A stretch of 64,000 nt of DNA from Dehalococcoidia bacterium (GTDB taxonomy: Bacteria; Chloroflexota; Dehalococcoidia; GIF9; AB-539-J10), in NCBI GenBank assembly GCA_030602785.1, contig JAUVZB010000007.1, forward strand, positions 1,420 to 65,419, in the 5' to 3' direction. The notes beneath the pieces are model-generated. The model did no database searches. It was given only the letters and a program-made list of their open reading frames with translations, and was not told the DNA's origin. How positions within the stretch are numbered: the first letter of the stretch is position 1; every line of letters starts with the position of its first letter. A program made the translations under genes and the position numbers. Below are positions 10,210 through 19,733 of the stretch, piece by piece.

Positions 10210-11400
10210 CTAGCCCTTCTCGTTGCCGGCTATGATGACACTCACGCTGCACGTTGCGGGCGTACCGCCAAGATTGTGCGTGAGGCCCAGCCTCGGGTTC
10301 TTTATCTGCCGCTTGTCTGCCTTCCCCTGAAGCTGCTTGTAGACCTCGTACATCATCCTCAGGCCGCTCGCCCCGATGGGGTGGCCGAAGCACTTGAGGC
10401 CGCCATCGGTGTTGATCGGCAGTCCGCCATCCAGCGCGAAGAAGCCGGCGTCGACATCCTCGGGCGCCTTGCCGCGCTCGCTGAATCCCAGGTCCTCCAT
10501 GATGACGAGCTCGGTGATGCTGAAGCAGTCATGCACTTCCGCCAGGCTTATCTCTTCACGCGGGTTCTTGATGCCCGCCTCGGCATACGCGCGCTGTCCG
10601 GCCCGGAGGGTCTCCTCGACGTGGACCCAATCGTACTTCTGGCTGATGTAGCCCTCGGACGGCCCGACGGCAATCTGAAGACCCTTGACGTAGACGGGGT
10701 CCGGCCTGAAACTCTTCGCCAGATCGGCCCTGACTACGATAGCTGCGGCAGCGCCATCGCTCACACCACAGCAGTCCATCAAGCCGAGAGGCGAGGCGAT
10801 GATGGGGGACTTGAGGACCTTTTCGAGGGTCGTCTCAGCCTGGAAGTGGGCCTTGGGATGAAGCGAACCGTTGTAGTGGTTCTTCACCGAGATGCTTCCG
10901 ATTACGCGCTTCCCTTCGTCGTAGCTAAGTCCGTACTTGTCGAAGTACTTGGTGGCCATCATCGCGAAGTGGCCCGGAGGGCTGAAAGACCGGCTCCGGT
11001 ACGTGTTCAGTTGTCTGCGGTGAATCTCGAAGTCGGGCAGTCCGCTGAACCCGGAGTCTTTCAGCTTCTCGACTCCCACGGCCAGTGCGATGTCGCACGC
11101 GCCGGACGCGACCGCGTAGCACGCATTCCGAAGGGCGTCGGAGCCGGTGGCGCATGCATTCTCGACCCTGGTGACGGGGATGAAGTCGAGCTTCAATGCG
11201 CGCGACAGCATCTGGCCCGTCCATTCAGTCATGTAGGTGCCAAGCCATGCGGCCTGGACATCCTTCGTCTCTATGCCCGCGTCCGCGTAAGCCTCGTACA
11301 CCGAGTCGATTATCATGTCGTCGGCGCTCTGGTCCCAGTTCTCGCCGAACTTGCAGCATCCCATCCCGATGATTGCGGCCTTATCCTTGATTCCGTCCAT
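10210..11400 (-). CDS. Thiolase (SCP-x/archaeal-type thiolase-like acetyl-CoA C-acyltransferase)
   Basis: Nucleophile Cys in ENACATGSDAL, His in LTHNLGG, and C-terminal Cys in CFGHPIGASG. 396 aa. Confidence 0.8.
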   Translation of the reverse strand: MDGIKDKAAIIGMGCCKFGENWDQSADDMIIDSVYEAYADAGIETKDVQAAWLGTYMTEWTGQMLSRALKLDFIPVTRVENACATGSDALRNACYAVASGACDIALAVGVEKLKDSGFSGLPDFEIHRRQLNTYRSRSFSPPGHFAMMATKYFDKYGLSYDEGKRVIGSISVKNHYNGSLHPKAHFQAETTLEKVLKSPIIASPLGLMDCCGVSDGAAAAIVVRADLAKSFRPDPVYVKGLQIAVGPSEGYISQKYDWVHVEETLRAGQRAYAEAGIKNPREEISLAEVHDCFSITELVIMEDLGFSERGKAPEDVDAGFFALDGGLPINTDGGLKCFGHPIGASGLRMMYEVYKQLQGKADKRQIKNPRLGLTHNLGGTPATCSVSVIIAGNEKG

Positions 11401-11427
11401 TTTTCACCTCGCTTGTAGCTAGTGTTG

Positions 11428-12843
11428 CTAGTCTCTCTTCGGGCGCGCCTTCCACCAGTAGGTGTAGAAGCCGCCGATGTGTCTGAGTATCCTGAAGACC
11501 ATCTCGATAGGCATATCGATCTTGATCTCCGCAGGGTCCCTGTCCGTCATGTCACACGTAATCCTGCCGCCTTCCTTGAAATCGACAGCTGCAATGGTGG
11601 TTGGCGGGTCAGCACTGACGCCCAGAGAGTCATGGCTGTATGTGGCAAGAACGGCGGACTTGTCTGCAAACGAGTAGTCATCGAAGTCATCCTTCGAGCC
11701 GCACTCGATGCAGATACGCTGTGCAGGATACTGTGGAGTGCCGCACTTCCTGCACTTTACGCCGTGGAGGTCAAGGCCGCTCTTGTTGTCGCGCCAGAGC
11801 GCAACGGGCGAGGGCTGCTCCATTGGAGCAGTGGCGGTGGGCTCGACCTCGACTATCTCACGCCAGCGGAGGTACTTCTGATAGGTTGAGATCATCAGTT
11901 TTGTGTTGAGGTAGTAGTTAATGTCGCGCGCCGGCTTTGCTGCCGCTAGTCCGGCCGTTGCGGTCAGCGTGAAGACGTCCGCGCCGTTGCCGTAAGACGC
12001 AACCAGCATGCGGTCGCCCGCCTTGGCCTGCTCAAGAGCGGCAGCAAGGGTGATGAACACCTGTGCGTTGCCGGTATCGCCGAACTGGTTGAAGAACGTA
12101 TCCTGTACCACTGCGGGGTCGAGCTTCATGGACTTCGTGACAGCGGCGAGCTGTCGAGCATCCGGGGAGTACATCACTATCTTCGAGAAATCGGCAACAG
12201 TCTGGCCGTTCTTGTCCATTGCTGCCTTGATTGCCTGTGGGACCACTCGGCCGTGACCGTCGTCGCGGACGAAGCGAACCTCCCAGGATTTCACGTAGCG
12301 GTCAGTGTCCGACCTGAACACGTCGATGATCTCATCGGACATCGTGTACATAGAGTCGATGGAGGCCACGACACCTTCCTTGCCGATGAGCAATGCGCCT
12401 GCGCCATCGCCGAAGGCCATCTCGCCTGCGCCGATGGGGAGGGCAAGTCGGCGCTCTGCGGCGCAGACAAGGACTCTCTTGAGAGAGCCGCTGTTGACGG
12501 CATCCACGGCTGCACGGAGCGCATTGGTGCTGCTCCTGAGGGAGTTGCCGAAATCGGCGGTGTAGACTTCGGCCCCCATCCCGAGCACTGCTGCAACGGT
12601 CGCAGCGGATTGCTTCTCGGCGTAGGGAGCGGTCGTCGATGCGAAGAACAGTCCGTCAACGGTGTTGATATCGATGCCTGCGAGGCAGGACTGTGCGACT
12701 GCGACCGCCATGGTGATGGTATCCTCGTCGAAACTGGCGACCGCCTTCTCTCCTTTGCCTCCCTTCCCCCAGGCCCGGCCAATCTCGGCCCTGTCCAACC
12801 TGTTGAGGGGCAGATACGGTGCGTACGATACGATTCCTGTCAT
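11428..12843 (-). CDS. HMG-CoA synthase-like (thiolase-fold) domain fused to a C-terminal DUF35 OB-fold/Zn-ribbon domain
   Basis: N-terminus MTGIVSYAPYLPLNRLDRAEIGRAWGK, FGDGAGALL and SYGNGAD are HMGCS/KAS-III-like. C-terminal CRKCGTPQYPAQRICIECGS... is the DUF35 Zn-ribbon plus OB fold. The expected catalytic Cys position reads ...FGNSLRSST... Confidence 0.7.
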   Translation of the reverse strand: MTGIVSYAPYLPLNRLDRAEIGRAWGKGGKGEKAVASFDEDTITMAVAVAQSCLAGIDINTVDGLFFASTTAPYAEKQSAATVAAVLGMGAEVYTADFGNSLRSSTNALRAAVDAVNSGSLKRVLVCAAERRLALPIGAGEMAFGDGAGALLIGKEGVVASIDSMYTMSDEIIDVFRSDTDRYVKSWEVRFVRDDGHGRVVPQAIKAAMDKNGQTVADFSKIVMYSPDARQLAAVTKSMKLDPAVVQDTFFNQFGDTGNAQVFITLAAALEQAKAGDRMLVASYGNGADVFTLTATAGLAAAKPARDINYYLNTKLMISTYQKYLRWREIVEVEPTATAPMEQPSPVALWRDNKSGLDLHGVKCRKCGTPQYPAQRICIECGSKDDFDDYSFADKSAVLATYSHDSLGVSADPPTTIAAVDFKEGGRITCDMTDRDPAEIKIDMPIEMVFRILRHIGGFYTYWWKARPKRD

Positions 12844-12895
12844 TTCCTATTGACTCCTTCCTTCTGCCGGACAAGAGCAGCGTCCTGTTGCGCTG

Positions 12896-13753
12896 CTACT
12901 TGCTCGCATAGTCGTAGAATCCCTTGCCTGTCTTTCTGCCCAGCTGTCCCGCCTGAACCATCTTCTTCAGCACGAGCGGGGGCAGGTAAGCAGGGTCCTT
13001 GGTTTCGTCGTAGATGGCCATACAGGCGTTGTAGTGGATGTCGAGCCCGACGAAATCCATCAGCGTGAACGGCCCCATAGGGTAATTGAGGCCAAGGGAC
13101 ATCGCCTTGTCGATGTCCTCCTTGGTAGCAAGGCCCCGTTCCCACTGCCTGATGGCGACCAGCGTGTAGGGCAGATACAGTTGGTTGACGATGAAGCCGG
13201 GCGCATCCTTGCAGACGACCGTTTCCTTCCCAACTGTCTTGCCATAGTCAACTCCGGCCTGCACGACGTCGTCGTTGACCATGGTGGTTCGCACGACCTC
13301 GAGCAGCTTCATCACCGGCACAGGGCTGAAGAAGTGAAGCCCCAGCACCCTGTCGGGCGTTTTCGTAGCGCTTGCTATCTCGGTGATGGAGAGAGACGAG
13401 GTATTGCTTGCCAGGACGGCCTCGCGGGAACAGCTGCCCTCGAGGACAGAGAAGACCTTCTTCTTCTCATCCATCTTCTCGATGACGGCCTCGATGACCA
13501 TCTGGCAGTCCTTCAGGTCCTCCATCCTTGTGGAACCCGTTATGCGCGCCAGCGTTGCCGCGCGGTCTTCCACAGTGGATTTGCCCCGGTCGACGGCTTT
13601 CTGCGACGATGCCTCGATGCGGGAGATACCCTTCTTGAGAAAGTCCTCGGTCACCTCGGTGACCACGACTTCGTAGCCCGCTCTGGCTGATATCTCCGCG
13701 ATGCCGGAGCCCATCAGTCCGCAGCCAACGACGCCGAGTTTCTTGATGTGCAT
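12896..13753 (-). CDS. hbd: 3-hydroxyacyl-CoA (3-hydroxybutyryl-CoA) dehydrogenase
   Basis: Rossmann VVGCGLMGSGIA plus HFFSPVPVMKLLEV. Start at MHIKK (ATG 13753) with GGAGGG 9 nt upstream. The M1 of the track ORF abuts the SD. Confidence 0.85.
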   Translation of the reverse strand: MHIKKLGVVGCGLMGSGIAEISARAGYEVVVTEVTEDFLKKGISRIEASSQKAVDRGKSTVEDRAATLARITGSTRMEDLKDCQMVIEAVIEKMDEKKKVFSVLEGSCSREAVLASNTSSLSITEIASATKTPDRVLGLHFFSPVPVMKLLEVVRTTMVNDDVVQAGVDYGKTVGKETVVCKDAPGFIVNQLYLPYTLVAIRQWERGLATKEDIDKAMSLGLNYPMGPFTLMDFVGLDIHYNACMAIYDETKDPAYLPPLVLKKMVQAGQLGRKTGKGFYDYASK

Positions 13754-13823
13754 ACTTCGCATCCCTCCTTAAGCGTGTGACTTGAGCCGCATGTCTACGC
13801 ACAGCCACAAGCCGTGCTCTTGC

Positions 13824-14591
13824 CTATCCAATGAAGACACCACCGTTCACACTCAGCGTCTGCCCGGTGATGTAGTCAGCCTCGTTGGAAGCGAGAAAGA
13901 GGATGGCTGCCGCAATCTCCTCCGGCTCACCAAGGCGCTTCCATGGAATCGTCTTCTCGTAGGCCTCGGCGAGCCGGGGCCTGTCCCTTCGGGTGGCGTT
14001 CCACATGTCCGTGTTGATGAGACCGGGCGAAACGCAGTTGACGTTTATCTTGTGGCGCGACACCTCCACCGCGAGGTTCCGCGTGAATGCTATGATGCCG
14101 CCCTTGACGGCTCCGTAAACGACCTGCCCGGAACTGCCGGTACGCCCCGCATCAGATGCCACATTGATGATCTTTCCCGTCTGTCTCTCAATCATCCCTT
14201 CGAGTACCGCGCGGGCGAACACCATCGGGCCGAAAAGATTGACGTTGAGGCACCGCGCCCATTCCTGCTCGGTGCCCTCCATGAAGCGCTCCGCCAGGCG
14301 TATGCCGGCGTTGTTGACGAGTATGTCGACTTTGCCAAACTCCTTGATGGCGCGGTCGACGGTGGCGTATATCTGTGGGGTGTCCAACACGTCCACTTCG
14401 ATGGCAAGTGCCCTGCGGCCATGTGTCTTGACCTCGTTGGCCACTCCCTCGAGGTCGGGAAGGTCCAGTCCGGCGACCACCAAATCGGCGCCGGCCCTTG
14501 CGAACGCAAGAGCCGTCTCCCTGCCTATGCCTCTGCTCCCGCCGGTGATGAGGGCTGACTTGCCCTCAAGAGAGAATGGCGAAGAACCCAT
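13824..14591 (-). CDS. SDR-family oxidoreductase (FabG-like 3-oxoacyl reductase)
   Basis: TGGSRGIG and NNAG motifs, and the S...YxxxK catalytic triad region (YGAVKGG). Confidence 0.85.
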   Translation of the reverse strand: MGSSPFSLEGKSALITGGSRGIGRETALAFARAGADLVVAGLDLPDLEGVANEVKTHGRRALAIEVDVLDTPQIYATVDRAIKEFGKVDILVNNAGIRLAERFMEGTEQEWARCLNVNLFGPMVFARAVLEGMIERQTGKIINVASDAGRTGSSGQVVYGAVKGGIIAFTRNLAVEVSRHKINVNCVSPGLINTDMWNATRRDRPRLAEAYEKTIPWKRLGEPEEIAAAILFLASNEADYITGQTLSVNGGVFIG

Positions 14592-14707
14592 GTTCTATCT
14601 CCCTTCGACAGTTTGGCCGTATCGTACCATATTTTCGGCCGCACCCCGGACCTGCGGCGGCGCCGCGAAAGGTGGGGACTGGTGACATGTCGCGCTCGCT
14701 AGACGCG

Positions 14708-15520
14708 CTACAGGGGACGCTTCGCAGGGACGCCGGGTCTCCTGGGATAATGGTCGGGAGTCGGCGCGACCTTGCGGATACTGATGAGGCAGCGGTCATT
14801 GCCAGGCAGGGAGAGAGGAATGTTGATGATGCGTAGATTGCTTCCCCCGAGGATACCAATCGCGGCGGACGCCTCCTCTATCTCCCGTGTGATGTCGCCC
14901 TTCTTCAGCGCGACGAAGCTGCCACCGACACTGCAGAAGGGGAGACAGAGTTCTACAAGTGTGGCAAGAGGCGCCACTGCGCGTGATACAACCAGGGGGA
15001 ACGCCTCGCGATGGGGTGGCAGGCGGCCAAGGTCCTCTGCCCGGCCCTGGAGGACCTCCATGTCTGCCAGTCCCAACACCGTGACGAGGTGTCTCAGGAA
15101 GCGGACCTTCTTTCCGGTGGCCTCAAGCAAGCTGCCCCGGGCCTGCGGAAGGACGATCTTCAGGGGTACGCAGGGAAAGCCTGCTCCGGAGCCGACGTCC
15201 AGAATTCGGAGACACGGCGACGCTGCCTCACCGGCGTCCAGCGCGAGCAGGACAGTGAGAGAATCGAGAAAATGACGCGTCTCAACCTCCGCCGCCTCTG
15301 TGATGGACGTCAGGTTCGTATGCTCGTTCCACAACCTGAGTTCGGTGCGGTAGGTCTCGAACAGCGAAAGCTGGGCAGACGTGAGGGGATAGCCGAGTCT
15401 TGCCGCTCCTGCTGCGAGCTGTTCCACAACAGGGCTATCATAGCAGCGGTGAGCCTGTGGGTGCTGGTTCGTGATGTAGATACCGCCTTGCCTGTCAAGA
15501 TTGATTGATGACGATGGCAT
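14708..15520 (-). CDS. rsmG: 16S rRNA (guanine527-N7)-methyltransferase RsmG
   Basis: LWNEHTNLTSI and SAM-binding ILDVGSGAGFPCVPL. Start uncertain: ATG 15520 with GAGG, or an internal GTG. The track M1 gives an overlong N-terminus. Confidence 0.75.
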   Translation of the reverse strand: MPSSSINLDRQGGIYITNQHPQAHRCYDSPVVEQLAAGAARLGYPLTSAQLSLFETYRTELRLWNEHTNLTSITEAAEVETRHFLDSLTVLLALDAGEAASPCLRILDVGSGAGFPCVPLKIVLPQARGSLLEATGKKVRFLRHLVTVLGLADMEVLQGRAEDLGRLPPHREAFPLVVSRAVAPLATLVELCLPFCSVGGSFVALKKGDITREIEEASAAIGILGGSNLRIINIPLSLPGNDRCLISIRKVAPTPDHYPRRPGVPAKRPL

Positions 15521-15683
15521 GCCTCGCGGGGCATCGCGTTCGAGGGGATAGCACACAAAGGCAGATCGCGAGAGCACTCTGACTCGCATCGGAATGAGCA
15601 AGGAGCCCCCACATTCTGGGCCTGACTGTGCTGCCACAGTCAGCTTCCTTGTCTAGCCATCAGTCCCGAGCCACGCACCACCG

Positions 15684-18600
15684 TCAGGCAGTATCCTTCA
15701 CCGCGTCCCCTTCCTCGCGAATCTGTTCGTAGACTTCCTTCAGCAGTTGCCCGCTGACCACGTTGCGGAAGTCGTCTTCGTTCATGAACCGGGCCGCGAT
15801 GTCCTCGTTCTGGTCGAGCCTGTCGATGAACAGGTCCTGAAGCGCTTTTCTGAAGACGTAGCCGAAGTTCTCCATCGTATTGGCGATGGCGGCCTGCCGA
15901 AGACCGGTGTCGGCTACTGCATCCTCCCGTATCGCGTCAAAGAAGAGTTGGTCCCCGGGCTTGAAGTCAGTGCCGAACCGCTGATTGAGGATGTCAATCA
16001 GCTTCGAAAGTTCAACTGGCTCACCGTAAGCTGCGCCTGTCCCCACCTCCGTCGGACCCGAAATCGGGGCCTCCACCCCAGCCTCCAGCCCGGGTATGCG
16101 TTCACTGACCTTCTGGAGGCGGTAGTATTTGAGAGCCACATCATCGTCGAAGTCATATTGCACACCCGACCTATGGGATGGCAGCTTCAGGAGCAAGAAC
16201 CGCAGATATGAGTAGAGTTTCTCAAGGTCCGAATCCTGAAAGGGTATGACCTGCGACAGGAACGCGTACAGATTGCGATACGCGACGGCCGTGTTCCGAA
16301 ACTCCTCCCGTTGAGTGTCCTCCAGCAAGTCCCAGCGACGGGTAGCGGGGTCTATGCAGGCATTCATCCGGGCATGGTCCGTCGCAGCATGCTGTTTCGC
16401 TGGCCTGTAGAAGACTCTGGCGAATTCCTCAACCTCGGCCTCGTGAAACACTTGGAAAGCCTTCAGCCGCGCCTCGAGTTCGTACAATTGGCCGGGCTCC
16501 GCCTGTTCACCCACCAGAGTCTGCTCGTAGTAGGGCTGAAACGAGGCAAGAATCTCTTCGGGTTCATTCACGAAATCCAGCACGAAGGTTCGGCTCTTTC
16601 CGGGACAGGTCCGGTTCAGCCTGGACAGTGTCTGCACCGCCTGAATGCCCGAGAGCCGCTTGTCCACATACATGGTCTGCAGTAACGGTTGATCGAAGCC
16701 CGTCTGGTACTTCTCGGCCACGAGCAACACCTGATACTCGTCGGTCGCAAATCGTTGGGGCAACTCCTTCTCGCGTATCCCATCGTTCATTGCCACTTCG
16801 GTGTACTCGGCACCGGGCACGGCGTCGTCGATGACGGCTCCGGAGAACGCGACCAGGGTCTTGATTCCCTTGTAGCCCTTTTCGGAGACGTACCTGTCGA
16901 ATTGCTGCTTGTATTTCACAGCGTGCAAACGACTCGATGTGACAACCATGGCCTTGGCTCTCCCACCGATCTCGTGCATCGTGAAGTGGCGAAAATGCTC
17001 GAGCATGACCTCCGTCTTCTGGGAGATGTTGTGCGGATGAAGGCTCATGAACCTCGCCAGTTCCTGAGCCGCCTTCCGCTTGTCGACCCGCGGGTCATCC
17101 GCGATGGTCTTGATGAGCCGATAGTATGTCTTGTACGTGGTGTAGTTCTTGAGCACATCGAGAATGAACCCTTCCTCAATCGCCTGTCGCATGCTGTACA
17201 CGTGGAAAGGGTGAGGTTTGCCATCCTCGCCGGGGGAGCCAAACACCTCCAACGTCCGGTATTTTGGAGTGGCGGTGAACGCGAAGAAGCTGATATTTGG
17301 CTGATGCCCACGACGGGCCATCGTCTTGAGGACTTCCTCTTCGTAGTCGGGCAGCCCTTCTTCTTCTGCCTTCTCCCTGGCCTGCTCCTTGATGGTTGTG
17401 CCGGCCAGCACACCCTTCAACTCCGTGGCTGTCTCACCCCCCTGTGAGCTATGCGCTTCGTCCACGATCACCGCGTACCTTCGCGAAGGGAGCTCTCCTG
17501 CTTTCTCCGCTACAAATGGGAATTTCTGGAGCGTCGTAATAACGATGGGGACACCCGACCCAAGCGCGGCAGCCAATTGCGCGGAGTCAAGGTCTATCTT
17601 CTGTACGACCCCCTGTTTGTGCTCCAATTGATAAATCGTGTTCTGGAGTTGCTGGTCGAGAATAACCCGGTCCGTGACAACAATCACCGAGTCGAATACC
17701 TTGTCGTCTTTCCAATCGTAGAGGCTAGCAAGTCGATACGCCAGCCATGCGATAGAGTTGGACTTGCCGCTGCCTGCAGAATGCTGCACCAGATAGTTGG
17801 TGCCGGGACCTCTTTCACGGGCATCGGCAACCAGAGCGCTAACCGAGTCAAGCTGATGATAGCGTGGGAATATCATCGCCTCGCGTCGTATCGTCTTGCC
17901 ACCGATTCTCCGCTCCTCGGTTTGCAGGTGAATGAACCGCGCGATGAGGTCCAGAAGACTGCCTCGCTTTAGCACGTCCTCCCACAGATAGGCGGTCTTG
18001 TATCCTTCGGGATTCTCGGGGTTGCCCGCTCCGCCGTTGGAGCCTTTGTCGAAGGGAAGGAAGGTGGTACTGCGGCCTGACAGCCGCGTTGTCATATACA
18101 CGTGGTCCGTGTCTATCGCAAAATGGACGAGTGTACGCTTCTTGAACTGGAAGATGAGGTCGGCATTGTCCCTGTCGGTCTTGTACTGATTGACGGCGTC
18201 CCGCCAGGTCTGACCCGTCATCGGGTTCTTAAGCTCTGCCGTGGCAACCGGGAGGCCATTCAGAGCCAGGGTCACATCCAGGGTGTTGGCATGCCTTGAA
18301 GAGTAGCGAAGCTGTCGTGTCACAGTCAGACGGTTCGCCTGGTAGAGTCGCTCGGTGTCGGGATTGAGTCCGCTTGCAGGGGCGAAATAGGCCATTCGGA
18401 AGAGCTTCCCGAAGCACTTGAAGCCATGCCGCAGGACCGCGACACACCCCTCGTGCTCGGAGTTGAGAGCACGGCAGAGGTCGTCGAGGAGCGTTTGCTC
18501 GGCTTTGTCCCTCTGAATGCTCTCCAGATACTGCCACTCCTTCGGCTGCGTCTTCTTAATGAAGAGAAGGACGTCATTGGGGAACAAGGCACGTTCCGCG

Positions 18601-18701
18601 TCGTATGCGTCAGGGTCTACATGCAGGTAGCCACCTGCCGCAATCAGGTGATGCTCAATTGCGCTTTCGAAGGCCATTTCTAGGTGCGGACCTGGCATCA
18701 C
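15684..18701 (-). CDS. hsdR: Type I restriction enzyme R subunit (HsdR)
   Basis: 1005 aa. N-terminal nuclease-like region, then SF2 helicase motifs (GSGKS, DEAHSSQ, QTGFD). Start ATGA overlaps the stop of the upstream gene X. Confidence 0.9.
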   Translation of the reverse strand: MMPGPHLEMAFESAIEHHLIAAGGYLHVDPDAYDAERALFPNDVLLFIKKTQPKEWQYLESIQRDKAEQTLLDDLCRALNSEHEGCVAVLRHGFKCFGKLFRMAYFAPASGLNPDTERLYQANRLTVTRQLRYSSRHANTLDVTLALNGLPVATAELKNPMTGQTWRDAVNQYKTDRDNADLIFQFKKRTLVHFAIDTDHVYMTTRLSGRSTTFLPFDKGSNGGAGNPENPEGYKTAYLWEDVLKRGSLLDLIARFIHLQTEERRIGGKTIRREAMIFPRYHQLDSVSALVADARERGPGTNYLVQHSAGSGKSNSIAWLAYRLASLYDWKDDKVFDSVIVVTDRVILDQQLQNTIYQLEHKQGVVQKIDLDSAQLAAALGSGVPIVITTLQKFPFVAEKAGELPSRRYAVIVDEAHSSQGGETATELKGVLAGTTIKEQAREKAEEEGLPDYEEEVLKTMARRGHQPNISFFAFTATPKYRTLEVFGSPGEDGKPHPFHVYSMRQAIEEGFILDVLKNYTTYKTYYRLIKTIADDPRVDKRKAAQELARFMSLHPHNISQKTEVMLEHFRHFTMHEIGGRAKAMVVTSSRLHAVKYKQQFDRYVSEKGYKGIKTLVAFSGAVIDDAVPGAEYTEVAMNDGIREKELPQRFATDEYQVLLVAEKYQTGFDQPLLQTMYVDKRLSGIQAVQTLSRLNRTCPGKSRTFVLDFVNEPEEILASFQPYYEQTLVGEQAEPGQLYELEARLKAFQVFHEAEVEEFARVFYRPAKQHAATDHARMNACIDPATRRWDLLEDTQREEFRNTAVAYRNLYAFLSQVIPFQDSDLEKLYSYLRFLLLKLPSHRSGVQYDFDDDVALKYYRLQKVSERIPGLEAGVEAPISGPTEVGTGAAYGEPVELSKLIDILNQRFGTDFKPGDQLFFDAIREDAVADTGLRQAAIANTMENFGYVFRKALQDLFIDRLDQNEDIAARFMNEDDFRNVVSGQLLKEVYEQIREEGDAVKDTA

Positions 18702-19733
18702 TCGCCCTCCCAGTCTGGAATGTCCCCTAGAAGGACGACGCCATCCGCACCAATTGCTCCTTGGCCGGTCGAATTGAACTCGCGCCGGCCATCAAGGAGA
18801 ACCCCAGGGTTTTCATACACGTCACTTAAGAGACCAAGCTCCAGCCCGTGAAGCCAGGACAATTCCGTGCCCGCTCGATATGATTCTGCGTGCTCTACAT
18901 CAGGGCGCAGAAGGGGAGTAACACGTACCCGCTGGTCTTCAATCGTAGTCTCGCGCGCGTACGGGGACTGGGTCACAGGGTTTGACGGCACCGCCGCGCC
19001 CATCCGTAGTCTCGCGCGCGTACGGGGACTGGCTAATGCACGCACGGATGGCGCGGTAGTACTCATGAATGAAGGCAACCTCATCAATAGTCCATGCTGT
19101 TCCCTCGGCTGGCTCGTTCGGGTCGTCAAGCAGTACTGAGATCGGATTCGAGTTGAGCGAAGTGATACAGGCCGAGGTGGTGGCAGGTGGATGACGACTG
19201 ATGGTCTTGACGCAACCCGCCTGCTTCTTCGCCTTGACAATCAGGGCAGACGGGTACGAATTAGAGCGCCCTTTCGCCTCAATCACGTGCCAGTAGCCGT
19301 CCGGTGATAGCCCCGCGAGGTCTCCACGTTCCTTCGTGCCAGCAGTTGTGGCAAGCAACCCTATTGAGCGCAGCCAATCCACTCCATAGAGCCAGGGTAT
19401 CGATAGCTCACTTTCGCCTGCCAGTTTGGCGAAAATCATTCCATACCAATAGGATGCAGCTCCCTTCTCGGACATATCGAGCCCGGAATAGGCTCGAGCG
19501 ACGCACAAGCCAGACCTCCTTCGTTCTAGGAAACTGAATGCTGATAGGCCTATTCCGAAACGGTGCAGGAACTCCCTCCACCCGAATGTATTGTAGCCGC
19601 TTGTCTTCTGCATCCCGACGGTGAGGGCGGCTCTGAGGAAGGCGAGCCTTGAGACGTTCCGTCTGCGGGAGCCATTCAATCCTTTGTGGAAGCCTGTGTA
19701 GTTCTCGCAAGTGACGACGATTTCACTGCTCAT
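18698..19733 (-). pseudogene. Uncharacterised PD-(D/E)xK-like protein embedded in the hsd operon, split into two reading frames by a 61-bp insertion/duplication
   Basis: Two track ORFs (18939..19742 and 18698..19240) lie in different frames. Removing one 61-bp unit joins them exactly into a 328-aa ORF. Putative nuclease motif ...SPDGYWHVIEAKGRS. ATGA overlaps hsdS upstream and hsdR downstream. Confidence 0.6.
18944..19032. repeat. Two perfect 28-bp direct repeats (CGTAGTCTCGCGCGCGTACGGGGACTGG) separated by 33 bp, 61-bp period
   Basis: Copies at 18944-18971 and 19005-19032. They encode SPYARETT in two different frames of gene X. Confidence 0.85.

Noticed and set aside
10132-11418. 428-aa plus-strand ORF antisense to the thiolase gene
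   Set aside because: Spurious high-GC antisense ORF. The minus-strand thiolase has clear catalytic motifs.
18944-19032. Two 28-bp perfect direct repeats with a 33-bp spacer, superficially resembling a minimal CRISPR array
   Set aside because: Only two copies, no cas genes, and the repeats are inside a protein-coding gene where both copies are translated as SPYARETT. Interpreted instead as a duplication or frameshift.
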